Shown: piece after piece, positions 51,781 to 62,827 of the stretch
How positions within the stretch are numbered: position 1 is the stretch's first letter
How the letters are laid out: every line of letters begins with the position of its first letter
Source of the DNA: Camelus ferus
Lineage: Eukaryota
Length of the DNA: 64,000 bases
Reading direction: 5' to 3'
NCBI RefSeq assembly: GCF_009834535.1
Contig: NC_045697.1
Location: 6,512,001 to 6,576,000 of the forward strand
Translations under genes and position numbers: made by a program
The notes under the pieces: model-generated
The model's database searches: none
What the model saw: only the letters and a program-made list of their open reading frames with translations
What the model was told of the DNA's origin: nothing

Positions 51781-53284
51781 TGGAAGTCATGATTAAAATT
51801 AAGATGAAGAAGCATGGTGCTGATTCCCAAAGTATTCTGTCTGCAGATGTAACAGAAGCAAAAAAAAATCACAAAACTTTCTATGATGCTGTTTCCCACG
51901 ATTCTGTTTTTCATAGCTAACCTGTATAACCTGATGTTTCTCAGCCTTCTTGATAACTTTCCAAAATCATTGAAAATTTTATTCAATCTGTTAAAAATTT
52001 TAAATCTAACTTAGGCTCAACTACTCATTTCTGTTTAATAATTTAACCCTTCTGAACATTCTGTCTTTCTCATGCTAGGACGGGTAGGCATGGCCTGGAG
52101 CCACTGTCCAGAGCCTAGGGCCTGTTGGACCTTGGCAGTTGCCTGCAACGGTGAATCTAACTGCTGGATGTGGCGGTATTCATAAAAGGATACTTCTAGA
52201 TTTAACTCTGCTGCTCCCTGTGACCTTGGTGTCAACACTCCATGACTGCCGTTTATCCGTTTCCTGCACATCTCCTGTGTCAGACACTCCAAAGATGCTC
52301 TTTTTCATCACTTAGCAACCCATAATGTGTATTAATCCACCCAGTTTTGAACTACAAAACACCAGTGACAGCTAACCTAAGGTCAGAGAAGTTAAGCCAC
52401 TTACCCCCAAACACATAATTAAGTCACACGCCCCATTCACATTCAGCTTTGACAGACCTCAAAGCCTCCTCTCCCTATCACCATACCGTCCATCCTCATC
52501 AACTACCTGAGCCTCAGTTTTAATATCTACTACTACCCTGCCTACTTCATTAAGTTGTTGAGATCGTTAAATAGACAATGTGCTCAAAAGCTCTGTATGT
52601 CGTGCAAGGCCATGTAACTGTGGTATGTGACTATCCTCTAATGAGATTATTAAAGTGAAATCATCATAATTTATCTGTATGAATCAATTCCATGCTGATT
52701 ATGATCATGTTTTAGGAATAATGCCAGAGCTGATGTCGGATGAGGAAAGGAAAGTAATGGAGAAAGAGCCAACATTTGCTGAGTACATGCTAGGTAGTAA
52801 CTATACACTTTATGTCATTGAATATAAATATTATATTATTGAGGCTAAAAAGTTGTCAATACAAGTGATGTGCTCTTGCTCCTTTGTAAAGATGCAGGAA
52901 TTGAGGATTAGAAGGAATAAAGTAACATATCTGTTCAAGCTGCAGAGTTGGGATCCTGAGCGACTGAGTTAGATTTTAAATTCTACAGTCTTTCCAAGAC
53001 AGCATCTGACTCATGGCAAAGTGAGCTGGAGATGGGTTCAGGCGTTAAGCAAGAGGGAGCCAGATAGTACAGAAAACCACATGACCTTTGGTTTTAGGAT
53101 GGTCTTGTTTATAGAGTCATCTGAGAGGGCGCCTTGGAGAAAAGAAAGAGAAATATCACCTTTAAGAGGGCACTCCATGAACAGACAAAAGATGAGCTCT
53201 ATGAAGCTGCAAAGGAACAGCGGCCACCATTCACATCAGTTAGAATCAGGTGCAAATCAGTGTAGTTTTGAATTCTGTTACTGA

Positions 53285-53410
53285 TATCAGTGCCTGGACC
53301 ACCCTGAGCGTTTACTTGGGCCACTCAAGTTCTTCATTGGTAAACCAGGGAAAATGATACTTGACTTTCAAGGTTGGATGTAAGGATTAAATGAGTTAAT
53401 GCATAGAGAT
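53285..53410 (+). mobile_element. MIR SINE fragment
   Basis: tgtaaggattaaatgagttaatgcat. Confidence 0.65.
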
Positions 53411-55330
53411 GGGTTGGCAAGAAACAGAGTTAAATAAACACCAGTTGCCCTTCTTGCTTCTCTAAGGCATATTTTATCTTTAGTTTCTCAGAGGATTTCT
53501 GAAGCTTTGTCATTTCGTAACTGACCTCCAATTAGCCTGACCTACTATTGGCTTCCTGGTTTTTGAAATGCCTATTCCCTGTGACTTGGGTGGCCCTTGA
53601 GAATCCAAAGGAACAGCTTCCTTGAGGGGCCATGCCACAACAGGGAGAGATAAGTAGGTAAGTAACGTTGGTACAGAGTAATAAAACCAGCGCTGATGGA
53701 ATCCAGCTGCATTGGTCTTTTAAAGTATAGACATTTGGGGACACCCGTTCTCTTTTCTGCCTTGCTCTAGTTTATTCTTTGTTCTCTCTAAGAAGAAGAG
53801 GCATCTGGAAGAGATGCCTCCTGGTACCCCCAGAAGGTGGGCATTTTACCCTAACTTCGCTCCCCCATTTTGGACTCCTCACCTCTACAGAGGGAGGATG
53901 GTCAGCATGAATGCAAAGTTCACACCCTTCTCCACACCAAGACAGAAAGAAAACCATTTCAAGTTAGAAAGTTAAAAAAATATACGTATACTCACAGAAG
54001 CTCTAGGACTTAACGCCTACTTTGAATCAAGGCTATCTTGATAAAATTCAGCCAAGAAAGCCCACAACTTTTCTGGCCTCTAGATTTTAGTAGCCCACAG
54101 TCGAGGGCCCCAAGCTCCAGGAAGAGACAATTGTTTCAATTTAATCTTTTCATTTTTTTATCGGTTAGTATCATGATTCCTTCTTCCAGCAGAATAAAGG
54201 GATTTTTAAAAGCTGATTAAGAGAACTGGCTTGCTTTCTGCCTGTTTGATGCTTTATAGAAGGCCCTGCATTCCATGTTAGAAAAACCTTTTATTCTTGG
54301 TGGTCAGCTCTTTCCCAATGATCCTTTATGACACAGAGATGACCACTTAGACCAGGCTGGCCTACGTGGTTTACCTGAGCAGCGTGGGGAGCACAAACAG
54401 CCTTGTGCTGAGATGTCCCTTGGTGGGGGGCTCCGTGCTAGCATCACGAGGAACTTCAGGAGCTGGCAATCCGTTCAATTGGCTGAGTGTAGAGTTATTC
54501 TCAATGTTAAGTAGTGTCCTTTCGCAGAAACTCTGCCTCAGTCCGTTTTAGGTCTGGTTTCCTGTGAAATGTGGCCACAGCCCTTGGGTGTTGTGATCTG
54601 TGTGCAGGTGGGACTTCCTCTTCTTGAGTTCAAGTGCAATAAATGAAGCTGTGGGAGGCTGAGGTCTCCCAACCCAAAGGGTGTCCTTAAAGACACACAG
54701 TGTCCTTATGCGGCACCTCGATATTACCAGAATGCGCTAGAACAGTGCATTTGGGTTTTGTTAGTCTTGTTTCCGATGCACACGAACAGCGATTATCTTG
54801 TGACTTGATAGTGCCAGTGGCTTCCTGAGGCCGTTCAAGGCACATAGACCCAGGCCTTCAAGTGCTACAGAGGGGGCTTGGGATCTGGAATGAGAAACAC
54901 CTGTCTCTTCTTCTTGCTTGTATTGAACATCAGCTATGTGATCTTGGGTTAGTGGGAGCTCATTTCTCAACTAGTTTCCATTACCCCTACAATTGAGGGG
55001 TAATCTATTTATGTTTTAGAGGTATTTCAATAATTTTATTTTCAAGATTTCAATATTTTAATTTTGCTCCGCCTGAACCCTGGTCCATTTAAACTGCCAG
55101 CAAGTCATTGTTAAGTGTCTGCTGTTCTCTTAGTGCTCTCCATTAGATACTGTAGATTTGTATAAACTGATGCCCTATATACAGCATCAGTTAAAATAAT
55201 TCAAAGGAAGAAGTTTTTATTTTCTTGGGTTAAGAACTCTGGTTTTGACTCACCATACACTCCCAAGGTAACACAGAAAGTAAGCCCTCATCAAATAGTA
55301 TTTATACGTCAGTTCCTGTGCTGAGCAGGA

Positions 55331-55422
55331 CAAGATCCTGTATATATTTCCCTGTGCTATACAGTATAATCTTGTTTATCTATTCTGCCTATGCCTGTCA
55401 GTGTCTACAAATTTTGATAATC
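55331..55422 (-). mobile_element. Tail-less internal fragment of a young L1 3' UTR
   Basis: Reverse complement ...tagataaacaagattatactgtatagcacagggaaatatatacaggatcttg matches 44868-44918. Confidence 0.85.
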
Positions 55423-55496
55423 ATGGGAGGAAAATGGGTTTAAACTCCTTTTGTAATTGTGAAAACTAGAGCCTAGAGAGATTCATTTATCCACTT

Positions 55497-56330
55497 GATC
55501 AACTAGTTTTTGCTGCATGAGGGGCTTCAAACAATAACAGTCTGATTGAGCTCCCTGTTGTGTGGGTCAGTTGGTCAGCTCTTTTGGTCTGGACCCGAGT
55601 TAGTTTTCTGGGGCTGCTATAATACAGACTTCCACAGAGTGGGTGGCTAAAGCAGCAGAAGTGAATTGTTTCCTAGTTTTGGAGGCTAGAAGTCTGAATC
55701 AAGGTGTTGGCAGAGTGGTTCCTTCTGATGGCAGTGAGGGAAGGACACCTGGCAGTCTTCATCTTTATATGACATTCTCTTGTGTCTGTGTCCATGTTTA
55801 TCCTTCTTTTAAGCCCACCAGTCACATCAGATTAGGGCCCATCCTAAGAATCTCATTTTAACTTGATTATGTCTTTAAAGAACTTGTCTCCAAGGAAGGT
55901 CATATTTAGAGGCACTGGAGGTTAGGACTTTAATATATGCATTTTGGGGACACAATTCAACCTATAACAGGACCTGATCATCTGGTCTCTGCAAGGGGGT
56001 TGGTAGGCAGCTGGATGATGTGGGGTTGTCACATTCATGTTTCTGTCAATGGGCAGGAAGTCAGCCGGGTACCTCAGTTCTCCATGTGGCTTCTCATCCA
56101 GTCGGCTAGCTCAGGCTCATCCACATGATGGGTTCAGGGCTCTAACTGCAGCAAGAAAGGGAACGTCCCAATGCTCAAGCCTTTTCCAAGACTCTGCTTG
56201 CACCGTTTGCTATGGCCCTGTTCGCCAGAGCAAATCACATGGCCAAATCCGAACGAATGTGGGAAAAGATCACTCAAGTGGGAGAAACAGGGAAGGAGGT
56301 TATTGTGGTCTTCAAAGGCCAATAATCTAA
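55497..56330 (-). mobile_element. Old MLT1 (F/G/H-like) MaLR LTR, interrupted
   Basis: ttgctgcat...gtgggtcagttgg...ctcagttctccatgtggcttctcatcc...gcaaatcacatggccaa. Confidence 0.65.
55596..55969 (-). mobile_element. MLT1B-like MaLR solo LTR nested in an older MLT1
   Basis: Ends ggggacacaattcaacctataaca; 5-bp TSD ggacc at 55591-55595 and 55970-55974. Confidence 0.88.
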
Positions 56331-56489
56331 TACCTATGTTTGCATCTAGTTAGTGGCTGGACTGCTATGGGAACCTAAGTCTGATGCTACAAAGATCCCT
56401 GCTTTTTACCAAAGAAGAATTGAAGGCAGTTTGGTATAGTGAGAATGTGGTTAATAGGGTAGGTAGTATTTATAGCTTTTCCTGAAATA

Positions 56490-57060
56490 TCATTTATTCA
56501 TTCATTTGCTCATCCATCCATTCACTATCTGTTGAATATCTTATCATGTACCAAGCACTCTATTAAGCACTAAAAATACAACTAGGTGGAAGACAACCTA
56601 ATCGTCATCTTCATGAAGCTCACAGCCCAGAGGAGGAGAAAGTCAATGAATGGAGTTTACAAGTATCTATAAAACTACAACCTGTGATCAATGCAATGAA
56701 TAGGACCTGATCAGACATTCATTCATTTAGCAACAGTTATCCACTTCCCTACCTGCTATTTGCCAGGTATTGGGCTGGAAACAGGTGAAAAAGAAAAAAT
56801 CTTGTCCCTACCTTCTTGGAGTTTAAAATCTAATAGGGTAGAGAGACACTGAATGAGAAATAATGATCAGAGACAGAAACAAAGAGGACCCAAAAGTGCA
56901 CAAGAGGCAAATATATTCTAGTCTGGGGAGTCAGAAAAGACTTCCCTTGGAAGGCGGAGTGATATTAAAGCTGAAACCTTTAAGATGAGCTGGAATTTGC
57001 TAGACCAAAAAAGGGGGGAAGATGAGGGGAGAGGAAAGGAAGGACCGCAGGAAGGAAGAG
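56490..57060 (-). mobile_element. Two L2 3' fragments
   Basis: ttcattcatt tails near 56495 and 56717; ggggagtcagaaaagacttccc...aagctgaaacct. Confidence 0.65.
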
Positions 57061-57455
57061 TGGAAGTCGGGAGGAAGAGGAGGGAAGGGAGGGACAGGGA
57101 GTAAAGCTGGTGTCGGGGAGAAGAGTCAAGGTCAAAAGGAATGTATGTCTAAATGCCCAGCTGCCTTGATCTTCCCTGGAGCCTCCCACAGGGCCACTAA
57201 AGCATGTCATGGGGTCACCAGACACTAACTGGTGGGTACATGATCCCCCATGTGTGTGAATAAAAGATGCGGGATGCATGCAGATTGCCTGTGAGTCTGA
57301 ATAGGACTTTCCTATGCCAATGCTCGAGAAGGTGAGTTTTTACTTTCTGGGAAGTCCACTCAGGGTATGACGACCTTGGGTAGATCGCATGGAAGAATTA
57401 CAGGAGAAAAAAAAAAAAAAACCCAACAAACCAAAAGAACCAAAAAGCAGGAATT

Positions 57456-57618
57456 AAGAAAACAATGTATTATTGTATTACTTAATTACTTTATTTTGGA
57501 GTGGGTGGGGGAGGTAATTACACTTACTTATTTTTAGAAGAGCTGCTGGGGATTGAACCCAGGACCTCACGCATGCTAAGCATATACTTTATACCGCTTG
57601 AGCTATACCTTCTCCCTG
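57456..57618 (-). mobile_element. tRNA-Ala-derived SINE (camelid vic-1-like)
   Basis: ctggggattgaacccaggacctcacgcatgctaagc...ttgagctatacc; 13-bp TSD aaaagcaggaatt at 57443-57455 and 57619-57631. Confidence 0.88.
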
Positions 57619-58049
57619 AAAAGCAGGAATTTTAAAGCCCCTTCATGTTCAAGTAGGTCCATGGTACCTGAGACGGAGCGAAAGGAAGACTTTCCTGGCT
57701 CTCACAGGCCCTGCTGGGAGACAGACCTACAAGACTGTCAGGCTTCAGAGTTACGCTGGCTTAGCTCAGAGCCCTCTTGGCTCCACTCATTGAATGGATT
57801 TCAGCAAGTTATCTAATTTAACGGATTCTTTCTTTTCTCACCTTTAAAGAGGAGTGTGACATGATTAGCCCCACAGCATTTTTCAGTGCATGAAATCATA
57901 AAATTATCACACAAACACAGACCGATAGGAAAACACATCAATGACCTGGAACACATTCAGGCAGATATTTAAATACTTTTTTCAACTTTTGTGAATTGAA
58001 GGCATGTGAAGAGAAACTGAAGTTTTTATTTATACTTTAAAAAAGCTCT

Positions 58050-58146
58050 TATTTTTAAACTTTTTATCTTGGAATAATTATAGACTCACAAGAAATTGCC
58101 AAAATATTACAGAGACGTCTTAAGAAGTACCCATCACCCAGTTTCC
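58050..58146 (-). mobile_element. Old L1 (L1MC/MD-like) 3' end
   Basis: ggaataattatagactcacaagaaattgcc...tacccatcacccagtttcc. Confidence 0.7.
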
Positions 58147-59373
58147 TTTGCAGAAACTGACTTCTTATGAATAACCATTTTATGCAGAAACAGATTTAAT
58201 TCTTAATTGACTTCCTCTCTAAGGCCGAGACAATGTGTTGGAGGAGAAAAATAAAAAGAGGAGAGATGGCAAAGCCTGACCTAACCGTATCAGTTTCCTG
58301 TTATTCTTGCTCACCCCCCAATTTTCTTTCCAACTTTTTTGAATAAAACAAATTTAGGTGATAAAAAATTTGCAGGTCCTGGGTAAACATCCCAATACCA
58401 TGTGGTGTTTGGTTTCTTCCTTTCAGCCAGTGGTGACTGCCAAGTTCAGACTGCTGTCACACAGCTGGTTTCGGGGTGGTGTCAAGTCTGGGATCGCACC
58501 GTGCAGCTTACATATACAGATACCCCCCCAAGACACAAGAGACTGTCCAGCACCCTCAGGGTAGAAGTGTTATTTATTTTATAAACTCCTAGTTGAAGGT
58601 ACTGTCTCCTGCAATTGATCAAAATCTCTGTATATTTTTTACCAATTATGCAGGAGCTCCTGGGTGGATCCCTGGGTTAATTAGCACCGGCATTTCTGAT
58701 TAATTATTGTTTAGCACCTGTTTATGTGGGTGCCTCGGGCAGTCTGACTGTGAGCCCCCAGGAGGGGCTCACCTCACGTTAATTACCTTTCCTTTCTCAT
58801 CTCATATCCTGGCTCCTTCAGGGCACACCTATGAGCCCTCCATGGAGCTGTGTTCTCCCTTTGGCATCACTCTGGCATTTTTTGGAAGAACCTCGGCTGA
58901 ACGTTAAGTCACGTCCTCTGCTGGAATTCAGACGTGCTCCGTTTCACCTGGGTCTGTGCTGCCCATTGGGTAATTTTCATGGCTGCTAAGAAGCACTGGG
59001 GAAAATCTCGACACATAAACACATCTGGCCATATTCAGTGAGTGAAAGCTGGTAGGGCTGTTCCCATAGAAATATATTCTTTCCAGAAGGAATCTTCAGG
59101 TGTTCCCTGCTTCCTGGCCCAACCACCCTGACACACCCCACAGGAAGGCAGTCCCCAACACAGGGAAATCCAGGACTCAGTGTAATATCTCACAGCTCAC
59201 AGGTGAAGGGCTCTGCTGAATGTAACATCTCCTCTCCTTTGGATTTATCTCCTGCCCTAGTTTTGCTGCACCCGTGCCCCAGACCTTTGGAAATCGCAGA
59301 GGTGAAGGAGGTAAGTAAATGCAGGAAGAGCTTTCCCCTGAATGTCTCTGCTCAGTTTCTTGGACTCCTCTAA

Positions 59374-59468
59374 TTCTGTTTTAAAATTTTATTTACTCTT
59401 ATTTTTTTTAATTGAAGTATAGTTGATTTACAATGTTGTGTTAATGCCTGGTGTGCAGCATAGTGATT
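59374..59468 (-). mobile_element. Very short L1 3' end with TSD
   Basis: ttttaattgaagtatagttgatttacaatgttgtgttaa; ctcctctaa at 59365-59373 and 59469-59477. Confidence 0.8.
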
Positions 59469-59890
59469 CTCCTCTAACCTCTTTAGTCACAGAAATGATA
59501 GGTGGTTTATCAATGACTGATTACCCACTAAATACGATTAGATTGTGTAGCTCACATTACTTTTTCCCAGGAGGGCCTCATGGTGCTAACTGTAAAAATT
59601 AAGACATCCAGATATACTGGACGTTGTTCTAGGCACTTGGCATAAATGCATAAGTTAATCACCACAATGCCGCCTCTACGTTGGTGTCATTATTGCCATT
59701 ACCCATTTGGAAAAAAACAAAACAAAACAGAGTCTCAGAATTACCAAGTTCTCACCATACTGGTGATAGATGCACTTGTCTCCAGGTGTCCCTTCTCAGC
59801 ACTGGCACCACGACAGCTTAAGGACATTAGTGGCTTTGTTCTGCCAGGGCCACGGGACAGGTGAAATGTCAGTGATAAAGAAATATGTAA

Positions 59891-60005
59891 AATGAACATA
59901 TGCATGTACATGCATGATTAGGGCATTGTGCTGTACACCAGAAACTGACACATTGCAACTGACCGTACTTCAATTAAAAAAAATAAAATTAAAATAAAAA
60001 TAAAG
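59891..60005 (+). mobile_element. Short L1 3' end
   Basis: tgtgctgtacaccagaaactgacacattgcaactgaccgtacttcaattaaaaaaaa. Confidence 0.85.
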
Positions 60006-60019
60006 AAAGAAAAAAATGT

Positions 60020-60240
60020 AAGAGAAAGCACAGCGTAATGAAGGAATGAGACAGGATAAGAGGACAGAGAGTGGCCTAGGATGCATAGGATGGGGTTTCC
60101 TTATATAAGGTGGTCTGGGGTTGAGGTTGCAGAGGTGACATTGCAGCTGAGGCCTGAGTGGTAGAAAGAATCCAGCCAAGTGCGGCTCAGGAGAGAAGAG
60201 ATTTCTGAGCAGAGGGAGCCTCACGAGAGGTTCCCAAGGA
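60020..60240 (-). mobile_element. L2 fragment
   Basis: gaggtgacattgcagctgaggcctgagtgg...atttctgagcagaggga. Confidence 0.6.
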
Positions 60241-61054
60241 AGGGATGAGGTTTGGGGCTATACATGTCATAACAAAGTATCCATTTCTGGAGGGTGGTTA
60301 TAGTTGTCTGCCATCTTGGAGTCCATTACAATACCAAGAACTACATCACCCAGCGATAGTTGAACTAAATTGGCTATAGACTGAATCTCTCATTTTGCAA
60401 TAAGGAAGTGGAGTCATTTTGAGGTGAAGTGACCAACCACTATGGTGATTTGGAGGAAGAACCGACAGTGGCCCAAGTTCTAATCTCTTAGCCAGTTCTC
60501 TTTCCAGACCAGCATAGCTATGTCTCCTAATTTTACATTTCAGTGGTGGCTCTAGCTAGCCATTTTTCTTGAGCAGAGCCTTGTTTAGACAAATCTGGCC
60601 AGGACTATGACATCATCCACGCACACACACGGATCTGCTATAGGCTGTTTGCCAAACACTTTCCCCGGAGGTTAAAAACACAGTAGTATTTTTAGCCCAT
60701 GCTGGCAAAATCACTCCCTCTCCACACAGGGCCTGAATCCTGGCCAGGGTGGCTAAGCTGGCAGGGCAAAGGGGCCTCATGCCATCTGTCTTCACATCGG
60801 CTGAATTTGAGTCTCAAAGAGAGAATCAGATGAAGAAAAATGAAAACAGTACAAACACCGCTGAGGAGTCCTTGATAGGCTTCGCTTAACCCCGGTGATG
60901 AACAGTGTGTAGAGGGGATGGTGGGACGAGGCAGGGCTCAGAGCAGCAGAGGAGAGGAAGGAAGCCAAACTCAGCACCCGAAGTGGAATTGGGCTTTGGC
61001 TTTTAAGTAGGAACACATTAAGCTTTTTTTTTTTTCCCATATTTTCTCTCTCTC

Positions 61055-61209
61055 TTTTTTAAAAAAACATCTTTGTTGTGCTATGATTCCTGTACAGTAA
61101 ACACATATTTCAGATGTACAATTTGATGAATTTTGGTAGATGTATACATGCATGAAACTACCACCACAATCAAGATAGCTAACATTTCCGTCACTCCCCA
61201 GGAGGTGCA
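61055..61209 (-). mobile_element. Old L1 (L1MB/MC-like) 3' end
   Basis: tgtacaatttgatgaattttg...accaccacaatcaagatagctaacatttccgtcactcccca. Confidence 0.8.
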
Positions 61210-61319
61210 CATTTCGAACTCTCAGTTTATCCCTTCCCACCCCCTTACCCTCTAGTAACCATAAATTTGTTTTCTATGTCTGTGAGTCTGTTTCTATTTT
61301 GTAAATGAATTCATTTTGG

Positions 61320-61353
<34 letters not shown>

Positions 61354-61513
61354 GTTCCACATATAAGTGATATCATATGGCATTTTCCTTTCTCTTTCTG
61401 GCTTACTTCACTTAGAATGATGATCTCCAGGTCCATCCATGTTGTTGCAAATGGCATTATTTTATTCTTTTTATGGCTGGGTAGTATTCCATTGTATAGA
61501 TATACCACATCTT
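61210..61513 (-). mobile_element. Young L1 fragment (ORF2 end + proximal 3' UTR, no own tail)
   Basis: Reverse complement matches 44580-44840 and 2090-2350; internal T30 at 61322-61351. Confidence 0.88.
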
Positions 61514-61624
61514 AAACTTTTCATTCCGTTAATTCTCTCTTTCTTTTAAATATTTTCTAGGAGGAAAGAGAAGCAAACCAGAATTACTTTCCTCTCTAAG
61601 TTTGCAGACCACCAAATTCTCATT

Positions 61625-61795
61625 GCATCCTCACAGGATGGAGGGCAGAGGGAGGAAGCAAGCTCTCTTATAAAGGTGTTACTCCATTTATGAGGGTTCA
61701 CGACCTCATGTAATCATAATTACCACCCCTCAAAGCCCCACTGACAGGTACTATCACATTGAGAGTAGGATTTCAACATATAAAATTTGAGTGGT
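61625..61795 (-). mobile_element. MLT1A/MST-like LTR fragment
   Basis: ctctcttataaagg...ccatttatgaggg...tatcacattgagagtaggatttcaacata. Confidence 0.7.
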
Positions 61796-62217
61796 CCATA
61801 ACTTCCTAAGAGGAAGGTTAGAACAATGCAAAATGTGGAGAGAAGAATTCTAAGGCACTTCAAGGAGAGAAGAAGGAGGGGGAAAAGTTCTTAAAATGCA
61901 TGCTTCAGGAAGGTGGACTGTTGTCCCTTTTGAAATCTGCCATGTAGAACATCCCCAAACATATAGTAGGTGCTCAGTGAATATTAATGAAGGAGTGATA
62001 CAAGCTGCTTGAAGCCTGGACTTGATCTGTGTTGTTCATGCTCTGTTCCCAGCACCTGGAACAACACTCACTAAACTTTACAGATGAGCAGATGGAACGG
62101 GTTAATAAGGGGTTACCTAGATTTCTCAATTTATGCCAAACAATTTGAATATTAAGGCTTCGTGTCATTAATACCAGGTCTTAGATGAAAGCATGGCTCC
62201 TGTACTGAGGGATTGCC

Positions 62218-62827
62218 CATTATGGATTGAGTATGTTCTTTTTTTTTTTTCAATTGAAGTACAGTCAATTACAATGTGTCAATTTCTGGTGTACAGCATA
62301 ATGTTTCAGTCATGCATAGACATACATTCGTTTTCATAGTCTTTTTCATTGTAGGTTACTAAAAGATATTGAATGTAGTTGCCTGTGCTATACAGTAGAA
62401 ACTTGTTGTTTATTTATTTTATATATAGTGGTTAGTATCTGCAAATCTCAGACTCCCAATTTATCTCTTCCCACCCCTTTACCCCCCGGTAACCATGAAT
62501 TTGCTTTCTTCTGATGTGCTTAAATGAAGAGGAGAGACACACAGAAAGGAGAGCAGCCTGTGAAGACACAGAGACACAGGGAGAAGGTGGTCACATGAAG
62601 ATGGAGGTAGAGGTTGAGGTTCCACTGCCATGAGCCAGGGAATGCCTGGGCTACCAGAAGCTGGAAGAGGCAAGGAAGGGACCTCCCCTAGAGGCTTTGG
62701 AGGAAGCATGGCCCAGCTGACACCTTGATTTAGGACATCTAGCCTCCAGAACTGTAAGAAAACATGTGTCTGTGGTCATAAACTGCATGATTTGTGGTAC
62801 TGTTATGGCAGACCTAGGAAACTGACA
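62218..62827 (+). mobile_element. MLT1C-like MaLR solo LTR, interrupted and partly deleted
   Basis: 5' stub cattatggattgagtatgttc; body ctaccagaagctggaagaggcaaggaagg...ctagcctccagaactgtaaga...cctaggaaactgaca. Confidence 0.8.
62239..62510 (-). mobile_element. Short L1 3' end without TSD
   Basis: poly-T + caattgaagtacagtcaattacaatgtgtcaatttctggtgtacagc. Confidence 0.9.

Noticed and set aside
55165..55192. 9-bp inverted repeat aactgatgc/gcatcagtt
   Set aside because: Length expected by chance in 64 kb.
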